Positions 33,613 through 46,799 of a stretch of DNA of 64,000 nt are shown one piece after another. The notes beneath the pieces are model-generated. The model ran no database searches and was not told where the DNA came from. It saw nothing but the letters and a program-made list of their open reading frames with translations. Location: contig CAWDDT010000006.1 in the NCBI GenBank assembly GCA_963801165.1, positions 384,001 to 448,000 on the forward strand. The letters run 5' to 3'. This stretch comes from an uncultured bacterium (GTDB taxonomy: Bacteria > Actinomycetota > Acidimicrobiia > Spongiisociales > UBA5794). Position numbers and translations under genes: made by a program. Position 1 is the stretch's first letter. Each line of letters opens with the position of its first letter.

Positions 33613-35412
33613 CTAGAGGTCCTTCCGGTACCAGTCCTCAATGTTCCACAGGTCCGTTGCGGATGTCGGGTTGTGCTTGTAGCCACCAACCGTGTCACCC
33701 CAGACAGCACCGACAGTGAGACGGGCATACAGCGGGATGATCACCAGCTCGTCTGCCAGGATCTGCTCGCCTTCCTGCATCAGCGGAATGAGTACGTTCG
33801 GGTCAACAGAGGCGTTGAGCTCGTCGCGAATCTCAGCGAACCGCTTCGAGTTGTCGTCGATGACCGACGAATCCGCCGTGCCCCAGCGGTACACGTTCTG
33901 ACCGTCCGGTGGCGGCTGCTCGGGATCGAACAGGTCGTAGAGGCTGACACCACCGGAGAAGCCCGGTGAACCAGACCACGCCCACTCGCCCAGGTCCCAC
34001 AGACCGTTGTCGAGTGTCTCACCGAAGAACACCTGCGAATCCTCCAGCTGGTTCTCGTAGTTGACGCCGACGTCCTGGAACATGTTCACGAAAAGCTCGG
34101 AGAGCTTGACACGAGCATCGTTGTTGGAAGTCGTCGAGAACACAGTGTGCAATTGATCGACACCCAGCTCTGCCTTGGCCTTGTCGAAGTATTCCTTGGC
34201 AGTGTCCGGGTTGTACTCGTACTTCGACCACGGATTCGTGGCGATGCTCGGGTTGCCGACGAGGAATGTATCCAACGGCTCTACCTGCCCGGCGAGGATC
34301 TCATCGACGATGAGGCCCTTGTTGATGGTGTAGGCGACGCCCGTCCTGTAGTTCAGGTTGTCGTTCGCCGAGTCCGGGTTCTTCTCGAAACGGCCGGGGC
34401 CGAACTGGAAGTTCAGGTGCTCCCAAATCGGGCCAGTGAGAACCTCTACGGTCGCGCCGTCAGGCTCGAGTGCCTGCAGCGTCTCGATGAGATCCGTGGA
34501 CGGCGGAGGCTGGATGACATCGACCTCACGGCCCTTGAAGGCGGTGATGATCGACTCGGTCTCCGGGATGAACCGCATGACAACGCTGTCGAGGTACGGC
34601 AGCTGCTGACCGGTCTCGGGATCGGTCTTCCAGTAATTGTCGTTGCGGACGACCTTGACGTACTCACCCTTCTGCCAGCTGTCGAACACAAACGGTCCGG
34701 CTGACGGCCACATCTTGTCGTTCCAGTCGGTCGCAAAATCAGTGCCCTCGACCGCATGCTTCGGAACGATGATTCCGAAGACCAGCTCGTACTGCACGGT
34801 CGGCTGAGCGAGCGTGTAGCTGAAGGTCTTGGCACCAACGTCGGTCGAGATGATGTCCTCGTAGATGGCCTTGTCGGTCGGGAGATCGGGATTCAGGTGC
34901 AAGTCCAGCGTGAACTGGAAGTCATCACCGCTGATCGGCACGCCGTCGGACCATACCGCCTCGTCACTGATCTGGTAGTTGACGGTCATCGTCCCGTCGT
35001 CGTTGATCACGACTCCGCCGTTTTCGGTAGTAGGCAGTTCGGTCACCAAATCCGGGATGAGCTCGAGGGTGTAACCATCGACATCCTGGACGCCGGCGAG
35101 ATAAGCCTGGCCGAGCCGGGCCACAATTACGTTATCGCCGCCAACGGCCAGCGGGTTCAAGGTTGGGGGCTCCTGGTCATCCGCTACGACCACCTCACCA
35201 CCGTACGGCTTGCCCGGGGCTTCAGTCGTGGTGGTGGTAGTTGCCGCTGCAGTTGTACTAGGGGCCGCTGTTGTCGTTTCCGGTGCTTGTGTCGTGGTGG
35301 TCGCAGTGGTGTCACTCGTATTGTCGTCTCCGCCACACGCGGTAACGATCAACGCAAAAGCGACTACTACAGCCAACCACAACACCCTGCGGCTACGCCA
35401 CAATCGATTCAA
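33613..35412 (-). CDS. Peptide ABC substrate-binding lipoprotein (family 5)
   Basis: Lipobox VTAC, Thr-rich linker, WSDGVPI, GPFVF, WNIEDWY. Confidence 0.92.
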   Translation of the reverse strand: MNRLWRSRRVLWLAVVVAFALIVTACGGDDNTSDTTATTTTQAPETTTAAPSTTAAATTTTTTEAPGKPYGGEVVVADDQEPPTLNPLAVGGDNVIVARLGQAYLAGVQDVDGYTLELIPDLVTELPTTENGGVVINDDGTMTVNYQISDEAVWSDGVPISGDDFQFTLDLHLNPDLPTDKAIYEDIISTDVGAKTFSYTLAQPTVQYELVFGIIVPKHAVEGTDFATDWNDKMWPSAGPFVFDSWQKGEYVKVVRNDNYWKTDPETGQQLPYLDSVVMRFIPETESIITAFKGREVDVIQPPPSTDLIETLQALEPDGATVEVLTGPIWEHLNFQFGPGRFEKNPDSANDNLNYRTGVAYTINKGLIVDEILAGQVEPLDTFLVGNPSIATNPWSKYEYNPDTAKEYFDKAKAELGVDQLHTVFSTTSNNDARVKLSELFVNMFQDVGVNYENQLEDSQVFFGETLDNGLWDLGEWAWSGSPGFSGGVSLYDLFDPEQPPPDGQNVYRWGTADSSVIDDNSKRFAEIRDELNASVDPNVLIPLMQEGEQILADELVIIPLYARLTVGAVWGDTVGGYKHNPTSATDLWNIEDWYRKDL

Positions 35413-35461
35413 GGTGTTGCCTCCTTGGTATACCGTGTAGGGGGACTGATGGAACCAGCGC

Positions 35462-35692
35462 TCAACGGGACCAGAGCCACGTCAAGAGCACCGTGGTTAC
35501 GGCAAACACGGCGGATACCGAAACCGTGATCCTGTCGAGGTTCCTCTCCACGACATTGGATCCGGTAAAGCCTCCGCCCATGCCACCGCCGAACATGTCT
35601 GATACGCCTCCACCCCTCCCCGCATGCAGCAGGATGAGGAAAATGAGGGCAAGCGACACGAGCGCGTGAAGCGCCGCCACGACTGATGCCAA
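35462..35692 (-). CDS. secG: Preprotein translocase subunit SecG
   Basis: LILLHAGRGGGVSDMFGGG...ERNLDRIT; TTG start. Confidence 0.92.
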   Translation of the reverse strand: MASVVAALHALVSLALIFLILLHAGRGGGVSDMFGGGMGGGFTGSNVVERNLDRITVSVSAVFAVTTVLLTWLWSR

Positions 35693-35813
35693 GGGTCTCC
35701 CTTTCTCACACGGGACCCGCACACACGGGCCCATAGACGCGAGTATGGAGTGTTCGCGCCAGAAGATCAAGTTTGTCGACGCCAGGTTCTGGCAAGGCCC
35801 AACCGCGGTCGGG

Positions 35814-36554
35814 TCATCCCGCCTGCTTGGCGACGGCTTCTGCGGCCGCGGCTGCGGCATCGGCGTCGCCGAGATATCGGCTGTTGATCGGCTCTAAATT
35901 CTCGTCGAGCTCGTACAGCAGGGGGATCCCCGTCGGGATGTTGAGATCCGGAATCTCCTCGTCGGAGATTCCGTCGAGATGCTTCACCAACGCACGAAGA
36001 CTGTTGCCGTGGGCGGCGACGATCACCGTCTTGCCGGCGCGCAGGTCGGGGACGATGGCATCGTGCCAGTACGGCAGCATGCGCTCGACGACGTCCTTGA
36101 GGCACTCGGTCGCGGGCAACAGGTCGGGCGGCATCCATGCGTAGCGCGGATCGTGTCCCGGATGACGCTGGTCCATAGGATCGAGAGCAGGGGGCGGTGT
36201 CGCATACGAGCGCCGCCACATGTGCACCTGCTCCTTGCCGTGTTGCTCGACCGTCTCCTTCTTGTTGAGACCCTGTAGCGCGCCATAGTGCCGTTCGTTC
36301 AGCCGCCAGCTCTTGACGACCGGGATCCACACCTGGCCCATCTCGATCAGTGCCAGGTGAAGCGTATCGATGGCCCGCTCCAGAAGCGAGGTATGGGCCA
36401 CGTCGAACCGCAAGCCCTCGTCCTTCATGATCTTCCCGGCCGCCCTGGCCTCGGTGACTCCGAGCTCGGACAGGGGGACATCGGTCCAGCCGGTGAACAC
36501 GTTCTCCAGATTCCATGACGACTGGCCATGACGCAGTAAGACGAGTGTTGTCAT
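35814..36554 (-). CDS. gpmA: 2,3-BPG-dependent phosphoglycerate mutase
   Basis: [37 protein letters not shown]. Confidence 0.96.
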   Translation of the reverse strand: MTTLVLLRHGQSSWNLENVFTGWTDVPLSELGVTEARAAGKIMKDEGLRFDVAHTSLLERAIDTLHLALIEMGQVWIPVVKSWRLNERHYGALQGLNKKETVEQHGKEQVHMWRRSYATPPPALDPMDQRHPGHDPRYAWMPPDLLPATECLKDVVERMLPYWHDAIVPDLRAGKTVIVAAHGNSLRALVKHLDGISDEEIPDLNIPTGIPLLYELDENLEPINSRYLGDADAAAAAAEAVAKQAG

Positions 36555-36615
36555 CAGAAGACTCCTGTCGCGACTACCGACCAAGCTAGCGCGCCGCTTC
36601 GATTTCCCACAGGCG

Positions 36616-38355
36616 TCACCGCTCGCGGCGATACCAATACTCGATGTTCCAGGTGCTACCGGCCTGGCTGGGGTTCAGATCGAAGCCCACAATGGTGTCG
36701 GCCCACACCGCGGCCGCTACCTGACGCGCCCCCACCGGAATCACGACTGCGTTATCGGCAAGAATCTGCTCAGCGGCCCGGGAGAGACTCATCACCTGGG
36801 CGGAGTCGAACGAGTTGCGAGCCACTGCCATTACGCCCCGAAACCGTGCCACAGCGTCGTCGTCGGCCACGGTGGAGTCGGGTGTCCCCCACCGGTACAG
36901 GTTCTTGCCGTCGGGCGGGGACGAATCCGGGTCGAAACGCTCGAGGGTCTCCAGCGCACGGCTTGCCCCCGGGTTCCACGCCCAGGCAAACCAGCCAATG
37001 TCCCAGGTGCCGTCGTTCAGAGTGTCGCCAAAGAAGACCTGTGAGTCCTCGAGCTGGAGTTCGACGTCGATACCGATGTTCCCCAGCGCCGATGCGAGAT
37101 AGTCGGCGATGCGGGGCCGCTCCTCCTCGGCGTCGTTCGTCGTCGACAAGATCGCGACGGGCGGATCGGCGTCACAATCTCGCTCCGCGGCGGCACACGC
37201 ATCCGCCAGCAGCTCCTTCGCCCGCCTTGGGTCGAAGGAGTATTGGGCCCACGGTGCACCGTCCTTCGCATGGAGATCCAGGAAGGAGAAAATCGGCGCC
37301 CATCCGACAAGGGCGGCGATGCGCTCAGGATCGATGGCGTAGGCAACGGCCTGCCGGAACGATCGGAACCGGTTCAGAGACTCGGGGTTCCGATTGTTCG
37401 GCCCGAATTGGAAGTTCAAGTGCTCCCAGATCGGACCGGCTTCCAGCTGGAGGTCCACGCCGTCCGACTCCAACCGCTCCAAGCTCTTGATCGTCTCCGC
37501 GTCATAAATCGGCTGTATGACGTCAAGCTGCCGTTGGGTGAATTGGAATAGGAGATCCCCACCGTCCTGTATGAAACGGAACTCGACCGCATCCAGATAC
37601 GGCAGCTCGTTGCCTGCCGAGTCGGTCTTCCAGTAGTGGTCGTTGCGGGTCAGCTTGATGTACTCGCCCGGTTTCCATTCCGAGAACACGAAGGGGCCGG
37701 CCGACGGCCACATCTGCGTATTCCAGTCCGTGAGGAAGTCGGTACCCTCGACCGCGTGGCGGGGGACGATGTAGCGGAACAGGGTCTCATACTCAACGGT
37801 CGGGGCGGCAAACGTCATAGAGAACGTCTTGGCCGAGGAGTTGACCGCAACGACATCCAGCTCCGTCCACTGGTCGCGGGAGATGTCCGGGTCACGCATC
37901 AGGTTCCAGGTGAACGCCAGGTCGGCAGCCGTGACAGGAACACCGTCACTCCAGACAGCATCGTCACGGATCACCCAACGAACCGTCATCGTGCCGTCAT
38001 CGTTCAGGACCACACCACCATTCCCGACCGATGGAAGCTCGGTGACCAACTCGGGGACGAGCTGCAGGGTCGATCCGTCGACGTCGTAGACACCCGCGAG
38101 GTATGTCTGGCCGATCGTGGCCACGGTGGAGACGTCTCCGCCGTCTGCGAACGGGTTGAGCGTCAGTGGCTCCTGGTCGCCGCCTATCACGACGGTCCCG
38201 CCGTATGCGGGTGCCGGCGGCTCGGTCGTGGTGGCGCCGTCCGCCGGGGCGCTCGCCCTCCGCACCGAGGTCTCCGTGCCGCCAAGCTCACCACCCCTGC
38301 TGCAGGCGGCGGCAAGCAATGAAGCCGCACACAGCAGAGCAAGGACGCGTCGCAT
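36616..38355 (-). CDS. Second peptide ABC substrate-binding lipoprotein, paralog of 33613-35412
   Basis: Lipobox AAAC; shares [32 protein letters not shown] with the first. Confidence 0.9.
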   Translation of the reverse strand: MRRVLALLCAASLLAAACSRGGELGGTETSVRRASAPADGATTTEPPAPAYGGTVVIGGDQEPLTLNPFADGGDVSTVATIGQTYLAGVYDVDGSTLQLVPELVTELPSVGNGGVVLNDDGTMTVRWVIRDDAVWSDGVPVTAADLAFTWNLMRDPDISRDQWTELDVVAVNSSAKTFSMTFAAPTVEYETLFRYIVPRHAVEGTDFLTDWNTQMWPSAGPFVFSEWKPGEYIKLTRNDHYWKTDSAGNELPYLDAVEFRFIQDGGDLLFQFTQRQLDVIQPIYDAETIKSLERLESDGVDLQLEAGPIWEHLNFQFGPNNRNPESLNRFRSFRQAVAYAIDPERIAALVGWAPIFSFLDLHAKDGAPWAQYSFDPRRAKELLADACAAAERDCDADPPVAILSTTNDAEEERPRIADYLASALGNIGIDVELQLEDSQVFFGDTLNDGTWDIGWFAWAWNPGASRALETLERFDPDSSPPDGKNLYRWGTPDSTVADDDAVARFRGVMAVARNSFDSAQVMSLSRAAEQILADNAVVIPVGARQVAAAVWADTIVGFDLNPSQAGSTWNIEYWYRRER

Positions 38356-38420
38356 TGGCCTCCAGTCGACGCGCTTCACCTTACTCGGAGCAACCCATAC
38401 CGGCCCCGGCCGGTCGCGGC

Positions 38421-38795
38421 CTATGCCGCGAGGTCGATCAGAACCCGGCGCTTGTGCCAAATCGGCGTCTCCACACCGGGACGTGCCCCAGCGCCAACGA
38501 GACTCCCGGTACCGATCCCATCCATGCCGAAATGGCGGGCATCACAACTCTCGATGGCCTCACGCACCAGCCGGACCGACTCTGAGATGGCCCAGTCATG
38601 CCCCGGTGCGTCAAGCACGAAGTCGAACGTCAGCGACGACTCGGCGAAATCAGTGATGACCCGCACGCCGCTGACTCGCTCGTGCACTGCGATCTTGTCA
38701 CGAACCGCATCGACGTGGTCGTAGAACCCGAAACCGTTGCCCGGCCAGCATGAATGCCGGGTGAGACGGAACTCGAAAGAGACTCTGTACTGCAT
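38421..38795 (-). CDS. Hypothetical protein
   Basis: 124-aa ORF co-oriented with neighbours and filling the gap. Confidence 0.6.
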   Translation of the reverse strand: MQYRVSFEFRLTRHSCWPGNGFGFYDHVDAVRDKIAVHERVSGVRVITDFAESSLTFDFVLDAPGHDWAISESVRLVREAIESCDARHFGMDGIGTGSLVGAGARPGVETPIWHKRRVLIDLAA

Positions 38796-38969
38796 GTTCC
38801 ACCACCCCTGCGACGAGGGGCCCCTTGACTCCTACCTACCCGCTACCCCAGGTAGCGTTGCCTGCACTGATAGTGCACGACAACCCGTCGGCGGGCAATG
38901 CCCATTCCCTGCCCACGACGAGGGACTAGTGCAGGAAGAGTCGTTCCGGTGGCGTCTGCGTACCTCGCC

Positions 38970-39734
38970 TCACATCCAGTAGCGGACGATCGAGGCGAAG
39001 CTGTCGGGGTCGAGCGAGGCGCCTCCCACGAGGGCTCCATCGATGTCGCGCTTTGCCATCAGACCGGCGATGTTCCCCGGCTTGACCGACCCTCCGTAGA
39101 GGATTCGCACCGAGTCGGCGGCCTCCCCGAACATCCCGGCGACGGTGTCGCGGACAAAGGTGCACATGTCTCCGGCGTCGTCGCCGCTGGCGGTCTTGCC
39201 GGTGCCGATGGCCCAGATCGGCTCGTACGCGATCACCATGGCGGCAACCTGCTCGGCCGTCAGCCCCTGCAGCCCGAGCCTCACCTGAGACCCGACCCTG
39301 TCCTCGGTCCGACCCTCGTCACGCTCCTGCTCGGTCTCCCCGCAGCACATGATCGGCGTCATCCCGGTCTCGAAGATCGCTTTGACCTTCTTGTTCACAT
39401 CTTCGTCTGTCTCCCCGAAGATCTGCCGCCGCTCTGAATGACCTGCGATGACATAGGAGACGGACAGCTTTGCGAGCATTTGCGGGGACACCTCACCGGT
39501 GAAAGCGCCCTTCTCCTCGTAGAAGCAGTGTTGCGCTCCCAGACTCAGTTCGAGCCTGTCGGTCTCGATAACGGTCTGCACGGATCGCAGTGCCGTCAAC
39601 GGCGGACAAACCACCACGTCGACACGCCCGTAGTCGGACGACTCCAACCGGTAGCTCAGCTTCTGCACCATCTGAATCGCTTCGAGATGTGTCGCGTGCA
39701 TTTTCCAGTTGCCGGCGATCAGGTCTTTACGCAT
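38970..39734 (-). CDS. tpiA: Triosephosphate isomerase
   Basis: AGNWKM, GHSERR, AYEPIWAIGTG, YGGSVK. Confidence 0.98.
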   Translation of the reverse strand: MRKDLIAGNWKMHATHLEAIQMVQKLSYRLESSDYGRVDVVVCPPLTALRSVQTVIETDRLELSLGAQHCFYEEKGAFTGEVSPQMLAKLSVSYVIAGHSERRQIFGETDEDVNKKVKAIFETGMTPIMCCGETEQERDEGRTEDRVGSQVRLGLQGLTAEQVAAMVIAYEPIWAIGTGKTASGDDAGDMCTFVRDTVAGMFGEAADSVRILYGGSVKPGNIAGLMAKRDIDGALVGGASLDPDSFASIVRYWM

Positions 39735-40911
39735 CGTTCCACCTCTCCAGGGCAGCTATACCCGGTAATACTTTTCCTTCGAGCATCTCGAGACCGGCGC
39801 CACCACCGCTCGAGACGTGCGATATCTGATCCTCCCGGCCGAGCATCCGGATCGCGGCAACGCTGTCGCCGCCACCGACGACGGTGAAGCCGTCGGTCTC
39901 GGCCAGGGCAGCAGCAACCCCCGCCGTGCCGGTGCGGAACGCCTCCCACTCGAACACGCCCATGGGCCCGTTCCAAAAGACGCTGGCAGCCTCGTCGATG
40001 ACGGCCCGGAACCGTTCGATTGACGCCGGCCCTATGTCGAGACCCATCGCGCCTGCGGGGATCGCGCCGACCGCAACCACCTCGTGGTCGGCGTCCTCGG
40101 CAAAACCGGCTGCGGCAACGATATCAACGGGCAGCAGGATCTTGGCACCGTTCTCCCCCGCCAGCAGACCGCCAACCACGTCGATCATTGCTTCCTCGAC
40201 GAGCGAGTTACCCACCTCATAACCTTGAGCCCGCAGCAGGGTGAAGCACATACCGCCACCGACAATCATCTTGTCCACTCGCGGCAGCAGATGGTCCATG
40301 ACCGCGAGCTTGTCGGAGATCTTGGCCCCCCCGAGGATCACGAGGTAGGGGCGGTCTGGATCGCCAAGCAGAGCCGAGAGCGCCTCGACCTCCCTGGCGA
40401 GCAGCACGCCCGCGGCCGAGCGGAGACGCTCGGCAACTCCCACCGTGCTGGCATGGGCACGATGGGCAGAGCCGAAGGCATCGAGAACGAACACGTCGGC
40501 CAACCGCGCCAGCCGATCGGCCAGCTCGGGGTCGTTCTTCGTCTCACCCGGCTCGAACCGGGTGTTCTCGAGGAGGGTAACGGTGCCGGCATCGGCGTCG
40601 GCGACAGCCGCCTCCGCCTCGGGACCGGCAACGACATCGAGCTTGATGACCGGGAATCCTCCGAGCTCCGCCATGCGTCGACCGACCGGATCCATGCGGA
40701 AAGCGTCATCTATGCCCTTGGGACGGCCGAGATGGCTGCAGACAACCACCCTGGCGCCGCGGGCGAGCAGTGCCTCGATGGTGGGGAGGCTGGCTGCGAT
40801 CCGGAAATCGTCGGCCACCTCCCCCTCATCCAGAGGTACGTTCAGATCGGAACGTACGAGGACCGTCTTCCCTGCGACGCCGAGCGCGTCGAGCGTAGGG
40901 AGATTCGTCAT
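39727..40911 (-). CDS. pgk: Phosphoglycerate kinase
   Basis: VRSDLNVP, SHLGRP, LENTRF, WNGPMG, GGGDS. Confidence 0.98.
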   Translation of the reverse strand: MTNLPTLDALGVAGKTVLVRSDLNVPLDEGEVADDFRIAASLPTIEALLARGARVVVCSHLGRPKGIDDAFRMDPVGRRMAELGGFPVIKLDVVAGPEAEAAVADADAGTVTLLENTRFEPGETKNDPELADRLARLADVFVLDAFGSAHRAHASTVGVAERLRSAAGVLLAREVEALSALLGDPDRPYLVILGGAKISDKLAVMDHLLPRVDKMIVGGGMCFTLLRAQGYEVGNSLVEEAMIDVVGGLLAGENGAKILLPVDIVAAAGFAEDADHEVVAVGAIPAGAMGLDIGPASIERFRAVIDEAASVFWNGPMGVFEWEAFRTGTAGVAAALAETDGFTVVGGGDSVAAIRMLGREDQISHVSSGGGAGLEMLEGKVLPGIAALERWNDA

Positions 40912-40918
40912 CTCCCTA

Positions 40919-42904
<1,986 letters not shown>

Positions 42905-42912
<8 letters not shown>

Positions 42913-43774
42913 GGTCGTCCGGGGTATCGCGATGGCTCACGTTCGCGTCGAAGCCCGCCTCGTTCAACAGGCGGGTGACTTCGGTAGCAATGGCGACCGA
43001 CCGGTGACGGCCTCCGGTGCAGCCGATACCGATCGTGAGGTAGGCCTTACCCTCGGCCTCGTAGCGTGGGAGCAGGAAACGAAACAGCTCCATCGCCTTG
43101 TCGATGAACTGCCGGGCGTCTTCAGTGTTGAGCACGTGGTCGCGCACGGCGGCATCATGGCCGGTCAGCGGTCGCAGCTGCGGAATCCAATGCGGATTCG
43201 GCAGGAAGCGCACGTCGAGCAGGATGTCGACAACACGGGGTGAGCCGCGTTTGAAACCGAACGAGATCACATCGACGCGGAGACGTCGTTTCGCTTCGGG
43301 ACCTTCGAACGCTTCGACCACCCGGTCCCGGAGCTCGTGGACATTGAGGTCCGTGGTATCGACGATGAAGTCGGCAAGACCTCTGATCTCCTCGAAGGCG
43401 CGCCGTTCGGCAGCTATGCGCTCCGCCAACGTACCGCTCGGGATGGGATGACTCCGTCTTGTCTCCTCGAACCGGCGTTCCAGGGTCGCATCGTCGGCAT
43501 CCATGAAGAGCACCGTGGTTGGCACGCTGCGCTGCAGCAAGGCATGGAGCGCATCCTCGAGCGCCTCGTAGGTGACCCCGCCCCTGGTATCTACAACAAC
43601 GGCAACCCTATCTCGTTTTCCTTCGGGTACACCGATCTGGTCGATGAGAAACTTGATGAGCTCGGCCGGGAGGTTGTCAACGACGAAGTAGCCGAGGTCT
43701 TCCAGGACGTCGGCTGCCCGCGAGCGCCCGGCTCCCGACATCCCCGTGATGATCACCGCTCGCGGCTGACTCAA
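42905..43774 (-). CDS. rapZ: RapZ/YvcJ nucleotide-binding protein
   Basis: ITGMSGAGRS, VDNLP, SFGFK, DVRFLPNP, GCTGGRHRSV. Confidence 0.95.
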
Positions 43775-45609
43775 CGTCGACTCCCTCCGCCTGTTAGCAC
43801 GGCCACCAGCTCTGTGGCGACCGCATTGGGCACGATCTCGGAGATCTCTTCCACCGATGCGCTGCGCAACCTCTTGAGCGATCCGAAACGGCGCAACAGA
43901 TCCTTCTTCCGTTTTGACCCGATGCCGGGCACCGAATCAAGGACAGAGTCAACCATACGTCTCCGCCGCAGCGTGCGATGGTATGTAATGGCGAAGCGAT
44001 GTGCCTCATCGCGCACACTCTGAAGGAGATAGAGAGCCTCCTCGCCGCGCGGGATCATGAGGGGGTGCTCCTCCCCTGGCAGGTAGACCTCCTCCAAACG
44101 CTTTGCCAGACCGGCGACGGGAATTGCGAGCTCGAACTCGTCGAGCACTTTCACCGCCCGGCCCAGCTGCCCGGCGCCACCATCGATGATCACCAGCGAC
44201 GGCGAGTAAGCGAACTTGCCGCGTTCTTCGACCGGGCGACGGGTGTCGGCGAGATATGCCCCGAACCGGCGCCGCAGCACCTCCTCCATTGCGGCGAAGT
44301 CATCCTGGCCCGAAAGCGTCTTGATCTTGAAGCGTCGGTATTCCGACTTCTTAGGGAGACCGTCCTCGAAGACCACCATCGATGCCACGGTGTCGGTTCC
44401 CTGGATCGTCGAGATGTCGTAGCACTCGATGCGTAGGGGCGCCTCCTTCATGCCGAGGTGCTCCTGCAGGCTGCGCAGCGCCTTGGCGCGGGCGTTGTGG
44501 TCCGAGGCTCGCCTCATCCTGTGCCTGGCGAACTCCTCCCTGGCATTGGCGTATGCGGTTTCCAACAGGTGCCGCTTCGAGCCGCGCCGCGGGACACGTA
44601 TCTCCACATTCGAGCCACGCCGCTTACTCAACCACGCGCTCCAGAGCTCGGGATCGGCTGGCAACTCGGGAACAATGACGAGACGGGGCGGCGTCTGGCC
44701 GCCGTACGTCTGCCGGAGGACGATCTCGATCAACTCGGCGTGAGTCACATCCTCGACCTTGTCTATGACGCTCGTCCTGCGGCCGGTCAGCCTGCCCCTG
44801 GTGACGTTGAAAACGACCACAGCGGCCTCGAGCTCGTCTTCCTCTACGGCGATGAGATCGAACGTCTCCGGCGTGGTCGAGACCAATTCCTGACGCTGTA
44901 GCGCCTTCGCTACCGACGCCAACTGATCCCGGAGACGGGCAGCATGCTCGTACTCGAGCCTCGATGCTGCGTCATGCATCTCACGTCGCAGCTGTGCGGT
45001 GAGGTCGGCCCGGTCTCCGTCGAGAAACGCCGCAAGCCCGTCGAGGTACTGCGCGTACTGGTCACGATCGACCTCCCCGACACAAGGCCCCGAACAGCGC
45101 TCGATGTGATAGAGCAAACAGGGTCGGCCCAGCGAGGCGTGGCTCTTGAACTTCGTATCCGTGCACGACCTTATCGGGAAAGTGCGTAGCAGCAGATCTC
45201 TGGTCTGCCTGATGGCGTAGGCATGAGCGTAGGGCCCGAAATACTGAACACCCTTGCGGCGCCGTCCCCGCATCACCATCACCCGCGGCCATTCCTGATC
45301 CCTGGTCAGCGCCAGATAGGGAAAACTCTTGTCGTCGCGTAGCTTGATGTTGAAGCGCGGTTGATGCTTCTGCACCAGGGTGTACTCCAGCATCAAGGCA
45401 TCGACCTCGGTGTCGGTCACTATCCAGTCGACGGAGGCCGCCGATGACAGCATGGCCCGGGTGCGATCGAGCAGCTCAGAACCGAAGTAGTTGGCGAGAC
45501 GCTTGCGGAGCGATTTGGCTTTGCCGATATATAGGACGCGCCCGTCGGAACCTTTGAACAGGTAGACGCCGGGCCCGTCGGGAATCGTGGAGGCGGGGGG
45601 ACGCTGCAT
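43771..45609 (-). CDS. uvrC: Excinuclease ABC subunit C
   Basis: GIY-YIG PGVYLF..YIGKAK, RIECYDIS, DEAHRFAI, HhH. Confidence 0.97.
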   Translation of the reverse strand: MQRPPASTIPDGPGVYLFKGSDGRVLYIGKAKSLRKRLANYFGSELLDRTRAMLSSAASVDWIVTDTEVDALMLEYTLVQKHQPRFNIKLRDDKSFPYLALTRDQEWPRVMVMRGRRRKGVQYFGPYAHAYAIRQTRDLLLRTFPIRSCTDTKFKSHASLGRPCLLYHIERCSGPCVGEVDRDQYAQYLDGLAAFLDGDRADLTAQLRREMHDAASRLEYEHAARLRDQLASVAKALQRQELVSTTPETFDLIAVEEDELEAAVVVFNVTRGRLTGRRTSVIDKVEDVTHAELIEIVLRQTYGGQTPPRLVIVPELPADPELWSAWLSKRRGSNVEIRVPRRGSKRHLLETAYANAREEFARHRMRRASDHNARAKALRSLQEHLGMKEAPLRIECYDISTIQGTDTVASMVVFEDGLPKKSEYRRFKIKTLSGQDDFAAMEEVLRRRFGAYLADTRRPVEERGKFAYSPSLVIIDGGAGQLGRAVKVLDEFELAIPVAGLAKRLEEVYLPGEEHPLMIPRGEEALYLLQSVRDEAHRFAITYHRTLRRRRMVDSVLDSVPGIGSKRKKDLLRRFGSLKRLRSASVEEISEIVPNAVATELVAVLTGGGSRR

Positions 45610-45713
45610 CTCCTGATGCTACGACAGACTCCGCGCGCTGCTTGCGAGCGCGTGGCAGTTTCCGATCGAAACCCTGGACGGACCGGCACCAACGTGCCGG
45701 CCGCGGCCTCGAT

Positions 45714-45962
45714 CTACGAAGCTACTGCCGCTGCGAAACGGCGGCCGGCCTGCAGGATCTCGTCAACGCTCGATGCCTTGTGCAACTCGACGAAGGCGTG
45801 CTCCCTTACCCGGTGCAGATCTTCGACGGTCATCCACTCTGGCGGTGTCTCGTAGACATCAACCTCGGGCAACTCGGCGACAACTTCATCGGGAGTGTCG
45901 GCCTTGACAAACGCCCAGGCTGCTCCGCTCCCGTACTCGTATGCGACGTAGAAACCGTCCAT
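45714..45962 (-). CDS. Small hypothetical protein
   Basis: 82 aa, SD AAGGAGG; YEYGSGAAWAFV...PPEWM. Confidence 0.7.
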   Translation of the reverse strand: MDGFYVAYEYGSGAAWAFVKADTPDEVVAELPEVDVYETPPEWMTVEDLHRVREHAFVELHKASSVDEILQAGRRFAAAVAS

Positions 45963-45992
45963 GCGTCCTCCTTGGTCATGGCATCTTCGGCC

Positions 45993-46706
45993 TTACCGTC
46001 GACTACCTTGAGTGTTCATCCAGCGCACTCCCAGTAGTCGGGGTATTTGCTCTTGACCAACATATTCAGGTTCGGTTGCTATCGCGGCTTTGCTGAGACC
46101 GCTCTCCACAATCTGGTTGAGGCACCAGCCTGCCGACGCCGCCGCGGTGAGGATGTCGGCAAGCGTGCGGTGGTGGAACGTGACCGCAGCACCGGTGGTG
46201 GGCATGAGCGTGCTCCCGGGCTCGAAGTACCTCCCCCATCGCCACAGGATCTCGCCATCGCTCTGATCCAAGATCGGTCCGGACCCGTCGGCGGTGAACG
46301 CCGGGTGGTTCATCACCAGCACCAGCGTCCCGCCGGGGCGGACCACCCGGGCGGCCGCGGCAAACACATCGAGCCCGGAGAGATGCTCGAGCACGAGAAC
46401 CATGTAGGCGCCATCGAAGACACCGCCTCGTACCCACTCCAGATCAGGCAATGCTGTTCGAACGACGGGACCCCGGGCGTACGCATGCCTGAGAAGTGGC
46501 ATGGAGACGTCGCAGCCGACCACCCTCCCCGGATAGAGATCCATGATCTGGCCCTCGCCGCAGCCCAGTTCGAGCAAACGTCCGCCAACGCCTTCGAGCA
46601 AGCCGGTGATCAGCGGCACGATGTCCAACCGGTAGATGGGGTCGCCTGCGACTTCGCCCAACCACCAGGCGCCGTGATCGTTCCACTCGTTGTCAACGCC
46701 ATCCAT
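45993..46706 (-). CDS. Class I SAM-dependent methyltransferase
   Basis: LLELGCGEG, GCDVS, VVRPGGTLV..HP. Confidence 0.85.
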   Translation of the reverse strand: MDGVDNEWNDHGAWWLGEVAGDPIYRLDIVPLITGLLEGVGGRLLELGCGEGQIMDLYPGRVVGCDVSMPLLRHAYARGPVVRTALPDLEWVRGGVFDGAYMVLVLEHLSGLDVFAAAARVVRPGGTLVLVMNHPAFTADGSGPILDQSDGEILWRWGRYFEPGSTLMPTTGAAVTFHHRTLADILTAAASAGWCLNQIVESGLSKAAIATEPEYVGQEQIPRLLGVRWMNTQGSRR

Positions 46707-46720
46707 AGCCGCGGCACCTC

Positions 46721-46799
46721 TATCCCGGCAGTAGTTCCCTTATCCCGGCAGTAGTTCCCTTATCCCGGCAGCAGTTCCCTTATCCCGGCAGCAGATCCC
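46721..46799 (-). repeat. 4 x 20-bp tandem repeat derived from the uvrA 3' end
   Basis: GGGA(T/A)CT(G/A)CTGCCGGGATA(A/G) x4; first unit encodes the end of uvrA plus stop. Confidence 0.93.
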
